Assembly: GCA_013374835.1 (NCBI GenBank)
Contig: CP055307.1
Coordinates: 10,447 to 74,446, forward strand
Source: Candidatus Woesebacteria bacterium
Lineage (GTDB): Bacteria; Patescibacteriota; Microgenomatia; UBA8517
DNA length: 64,000 nt
Direction of reading: 5' to 3'
The translations under genes and the position numbers were made by a program. The notes beneath the pieces are model-generated. The model was not told the DNA's origin. It worked only from the letters and a program-made list of their open reading frames with translations, and ran no database searches. This document shows, in pieces, positions 61,297 through 64,000 of this stretch (its first letter is position 1; each line of letters begins with the position of its first letter).

Positions 61297-61717
61297 AGGC
61301 TCTCTCGGTTTGTCCGCAAACAGTTTCAGTTACTATTTCACTCCCCTCCCGGGGTGCTTTTCACCTTTCCCTTACGGTACTAGTTCACTATCGGTCACCA
61401 ACCATATTTAGCCTTGGAGGATGGTTCCCCCAGATTCATCCGAAGTTGTCGATCGGATTACTCAGGATACCCATAGGCGCTTTGCAAGGATTTCGTGTAC
61501 AAGACTTTCACTTTCTATGGCCAACCATTCCAGATTGTTCCACTATCCCCAAAGCTACCACGTCTGGGTCCTACAACCCCCCGATAGCCTCCCGAAGGAG
61601 ATCATCGAGGTTTGGGCTTTTGCCTTTTCGCTCGCCGCTACTTGGGCAATCTTTAATTTAATTTCTTTTCCTCACCTTACTTAGATGTTTCAGTTCAGGT
61701 GGTACCCCACTTCATCG

Positions 61718-61895
61718 CTATATACCCTGCATTCTATGCACAAATCACGCTCTGCTGCGACGAAAAATACAAGATCACAAATTGTAAATTACAAACAATA
61801 CTCAATTTACAAAATTAAAAAACCAAAACTTCATATTTTGAATTTGTAATTTTTGCAAAGCTAATTACTTATGAACAGAATGCAAGGTATTTTTA
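61718..61895 (-). other. Intervening sequence in 23S helix 10: heptad-repeat expansion
   Basis: About 180 nt between TTCATCG and CGATGAG; contains ATACAAG ATCACAA ATTGTAA ATTACAA. Confidence 0.75.
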
Positions 61896-62083
61896 CGATG
61901 AGTTACTCCGAGATAAATCGGAGTGGGTTTCCCCATTCGGAAACCGCCGGATCACAGGATCGTGGCTCCTACCCGGCGAGTATCGCCGCCATGTGCGTCC
62001 TTCATCGGTGGTTGATGCCAAGGCATCCACTGTCTGCGTTGTGTAGACTTTCGACCTTTCTCTTCAGATGTCAAAGAGCAAAG

Positions 62084-62157
62084 TGGACCGAGCCGGATTC
62101 GAACCGGCGGCCTTCCGGATGCAAACCGGATGCTCTAGCCAGCTGAGCTATCGGCCC
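62084..62157 (-). tRNA. tRNA-Ala(TGC)
   Basis: Acceptor GGGCCGA/TCGGTCC with G3:U70; anticodon loop TT-TGC-AT; boxA-like TGCTCTTTGACA follows it. Confidence 0.95.
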
Positions 62158-62279
62158 AAGTCCAAAAAATATGTCAAAACGGTTTGAGACGGAGACTTTG
62201 GAAGCTATCCTTAAGGCAGTAAAAAAGAAACTTTTCTCATTAAATTGGTATTTATGCTTCTCATTTATTCCGAACTCAA

Positions 62280-62317
62280 ACTATAACTATTATATAGATA
62301 AGGTCAAGGTGAGTCAA
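62280..62317 (-). promoter_or_regulatory. Overlapping sigma70 promoters for the tRNA-Ala-23S-5S unit
   Basis: TTGACT-17-TATAAT and TTGACC-16-TATAGT. Confidence 0.7.
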
Positions 62318-62331
62318 TAGCCTAGCAATAC

Positions 62332-62365
62332 TTGACATTTAGCACTCTTAATGATAGAATGCTTA
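62332..62365 (+). promoter_or_regulatory. sigma70 promoter overlapped by a CIRCE-like (HrcA) operator
   Basis: TTGACA-17-TAGAAT; TTAGCACTC-N9-GAATGCTTA (CIRCE consensus TTAGCACTC-N9-GAGTGCTAA). Confidence 0.55.
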
Positions 62366-62506
62366 CATTACAGGATATCACTTCTTTAATAAACTTACTA
62401 AAAATGATTCACTTCCCATAAGTACTTGAAAAATGATTGGTTGGCTAGAAGACGTTAGACAAGGGGGTGTGGCCTACCGTGGCGACATGGGACGCGCTGC
62501 GCCTCA

Positions 62507-62821
62507 TTGTCTGAGGCCTTTTGGTCTTTTGATAATTTTTATAAAGAAGATGGAGAGCCATTAATTTTTGAGCTAAGGCAGGGTGAAAAAACTGCGAAAG
62601 CAAAAGTAGTGGATATTTCTACTGTACATGTTGACGATTATTATCAAGGAACATTTTTCAGAAGCAGTGATAATAAAAGATATTATGTTGATCGAGAAAA
62701 AATTGGTCTTCCGAAAAACGTTCTGGCAGAAGATCAAATAACATTTGTTGTATGCTCCGGGGAGTACATCGACGGCGAATGGAGTGAGCGGATGCTATTG
62801 ACAATTGAAAAAACACCTTGA
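62507..62821 (+). pseudogene. Possible C-terminal fragment of a sortase-like protein
   Basis: ITFVVCSG......WSERMLL resembles the sortase Cys...Arg end; weak TTG start and no N-terminal half. Confidence 0.35.
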
Positions 62822-62836
62822 GCTTACTTCATAAAT

Positions 62837-62916
62837 GGCTTTCTGCGGTCAAGCCTGCTTAAAGGCAAGATAAACGATTAAACTTGCCGAAGAAACAGGC
62901 TTGATCGCAGAAAGCC
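62837..62916. repeat. ~80-bp inverted repeat / long hairpin
   Basis: GGCTTTCTGCGGTCAAGCCTG ... CAGGCTTGATCGCAGAAAGCC with inner GGCAAG/CTTGCC. Confidence 0.8.
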
Positions 62917-62956
62917 CTTTTGTAAAAAAAAACCAAGTTATGCAATAATAATTTAC

Positions 62957-63076
62957 ATGGATGAAAGAAATAGGAAGCTTACTTATTTTTTGATTATTCT
63001 TGACTTTTTTCTGATGATAGTACTTGGCCTTTTAGTGGCTGAAATTTTGAAACAGACCGTCTTTATGGTAAATTAA
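62957..63076 (+). CDS. 39-aa single-TM small protein (below the ORF-track cutoff)
   Basis: MDERNRKLTYFLIILDFFLMIVLGLLVAEILKQTVFMVN. Confidence 0.45.
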   Translation: MDERNRKLTYFLIILDFFLMIVLGLLVAEILKQTVFMVN

Positions 63077-63080
63077 GTGG

Positions 63081-63131
63081 CGTGAACCCGTAGCTCAGCT
63101 GGTTAGACCTGCCTGCCGGCAGGCAGGGCGC
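63081..63131 (+). pseudogene. Duplicated tRNA-Ile 5' fragment interrupted by a 20-bp palindrome
   Basis: 63081-63107 is identical to 63397-63423; then CCTGCCTGCCGGCAGGCAGG (63108-63127); then GCGC resumes the tRNA sequence. Confidence 0.88.
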
Positions 63132-63401
63132 ATGAATGTGATGAAATACTTTGTATATATCATATATAATCTTAGAGATAAAAAGTATTATACAGGAATC
63201 ACTAACGATTTATTTAGAAGGTTGAAAGAGCACAACAAAATAGGATCTAGTACGATAACTACAACTAATAGAAATTCTTTTATAATAGTGCACACAGAAC
63301 AATGTGAAGATAGGGATAAAGCTAGGGAAAGAGAATTGTTTTGGAAAAGCGGATATGGAAGAGAGTTGCGAGATAAGTTCATGAGGAATTTGATTTCGTG
63401 A
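63132..63401 (+). CDS. Stand-alone GIY-YIG nuclease
   Basis: YFVYII......YYTGIT.DL.RRL.EHN ... AR.RE...KSG.GR. Confidence 0.9.
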   Translation: MNVMKYFVYIIYNLRDKKYYTGITNDLFRRLKEHNKIGSSTITTTNRNSFIIVHTEQCEDRDKARERELFWKSGYGRELRDKFMRNLIS

Positions 63402-63473
63402 ACCCGTAGCTCAGCTGGTTAGAGCGCCAAACTGATAATTTGGAGGTCCCTGGTTCGAGTCCAGGCGGGTTCA
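63400..63473 (+). tRNA. tRNA-Ile(GAT)
   Basis: Acceptor GAACCCG/CGGGTTC; anticodon arm CCAAA-CTGATAA-TTTGG; TTCGA T-loop. Confidence 0.95.
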
Positions 63474-63507
63474 CAGAGAACGGTGCATAATCATATATAA
63501 TAAGATT

Positions 63508-64000
63508 ATGAGCCTTGCCACCCTTCTTCTTAAGATACCGAGAAATAATGACGTTACTCCCGAAGCAGCAAAAACATTTCTTTCGACGCTGACTCAGATA
63601 AACAGCGTTTCAAGATTAAACCGCTTGCTGGGGAAAAAACCTCTTCCCTTTTCTTTGGAGATTGCACTGATTAACCAACAGATAAAATTCTTTGTAACAT
63701 GCGATGAGAAGCTCGTGCCTTTTGTAGAAGCGCAAATTAAAAGCAGTTACCCACTTGTGATTATTGAGAAACATGCTGATCCTATTTCTGATATTGAAAA
63801 CCTTATTACTTCTTCTTTGTCCTTAAAAAAAGGCAACTATTATCCAATTGCTACTTATAAAAATTTTGAAGATGTTGATCCGCTTTCATCCCTTTTAACA
63901 ATTTTGTCCAAAGGGGATCCTAATGAATTTGCCATTATCCAATATGCAATATCAGGCGCCGGCTCCGGCTGGCAGTCTTCGGGGAAAATATTTGCAGAGC
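63508..64000 (+). CDS. 3'-partial ORF, probable N-terminus of a CPR coupling-protein/HerA-like ATPase
   Basis: MSLATLLLKIPRNNDVTPEAA...FSLEI...QIKSSYP...YYPI.TY..F.DVDPLSS; open to the window end; the ATPase motifs would lie outside the window. Confidence 0.55.
   Translation, partial: MSLATLLLKIPRNNDVTPEAAKTFLSTLTQINSVSRLNRLLGKKPLPFSLEIALINQQIKFFVTCDEKLVPFVEAQIKSSYPLVIIEKHADPISDIENLITSSLSLKKGNYYPIATYKNFEDVDPLSSLLTILSKGDPNEFAIIQYAISGAGSGWQSSGKIFAE

Overview
This is a low-GC bacterial chromosome segment. Its gene content and style point to a Patescibacteria/CPR genome, most likely Microgenomates (inference): many leaderless genes, split comEC, sortases, dockerin proteins, an intron-containing 23S rRNA with no 16S upstream, and CPR-type giant surface proteins. 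From left to right: (1) the 3' part of a multi-LamG surface protein; (2) six secreted proteins, mostly glycan-active, each ending in a near-identical dockerin, split into two blocks by an adenylate-kinase-like gene and an M16 peptidase; (3) housekeeping and competence genes (argS, comEC split in two, comEA, leuS), a membrane-anchored protein with only integrase N-terminal domains, an O-antigen-ligase/TPR protein, tRNA-Ala(CGC), a LysM-M23 peptidase, rho and murB; (4) a ~13 kb minus-strand accessory array (31.1-44.5 kb) built from repeated modules. It holds a frameshifted Cys-rich/Ig-like surface protein, two truncated alternative N-terminal cassettes for it, three mosaic SH3 paralogues each behind a shared ~110-bp repeat, and two units of a ~300-nt structured leader + small peptide + partner gene; (5) two sortase/substrate pairs, a glycosyltransferase locus, a GC-rich triple-repeat SH3 protein, a candidate sense/antisense ncRNA pair, radA and rpsA; (6) 5S-23S-tRNA-Ala, with an L1917 group I intron encoding a LAGLIDADG endonuclease and two heptad-repeat intervening sequences; (7) a GIY-YIG gene between a duplicated tRNA-Ile 5' end and an intact tRNA-Ile, then the start of a probable coupling/HerA-type ATPase. 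The strongest candidates for undescribed systems are the leader-peptide-partner cassettes, the adhesin N-terminal cassette array, the tRNA-associated GIY-YIG/palindrome element and the dockerin enzyme cluster. All product calls come from reading motifs by eye; no searches were run.
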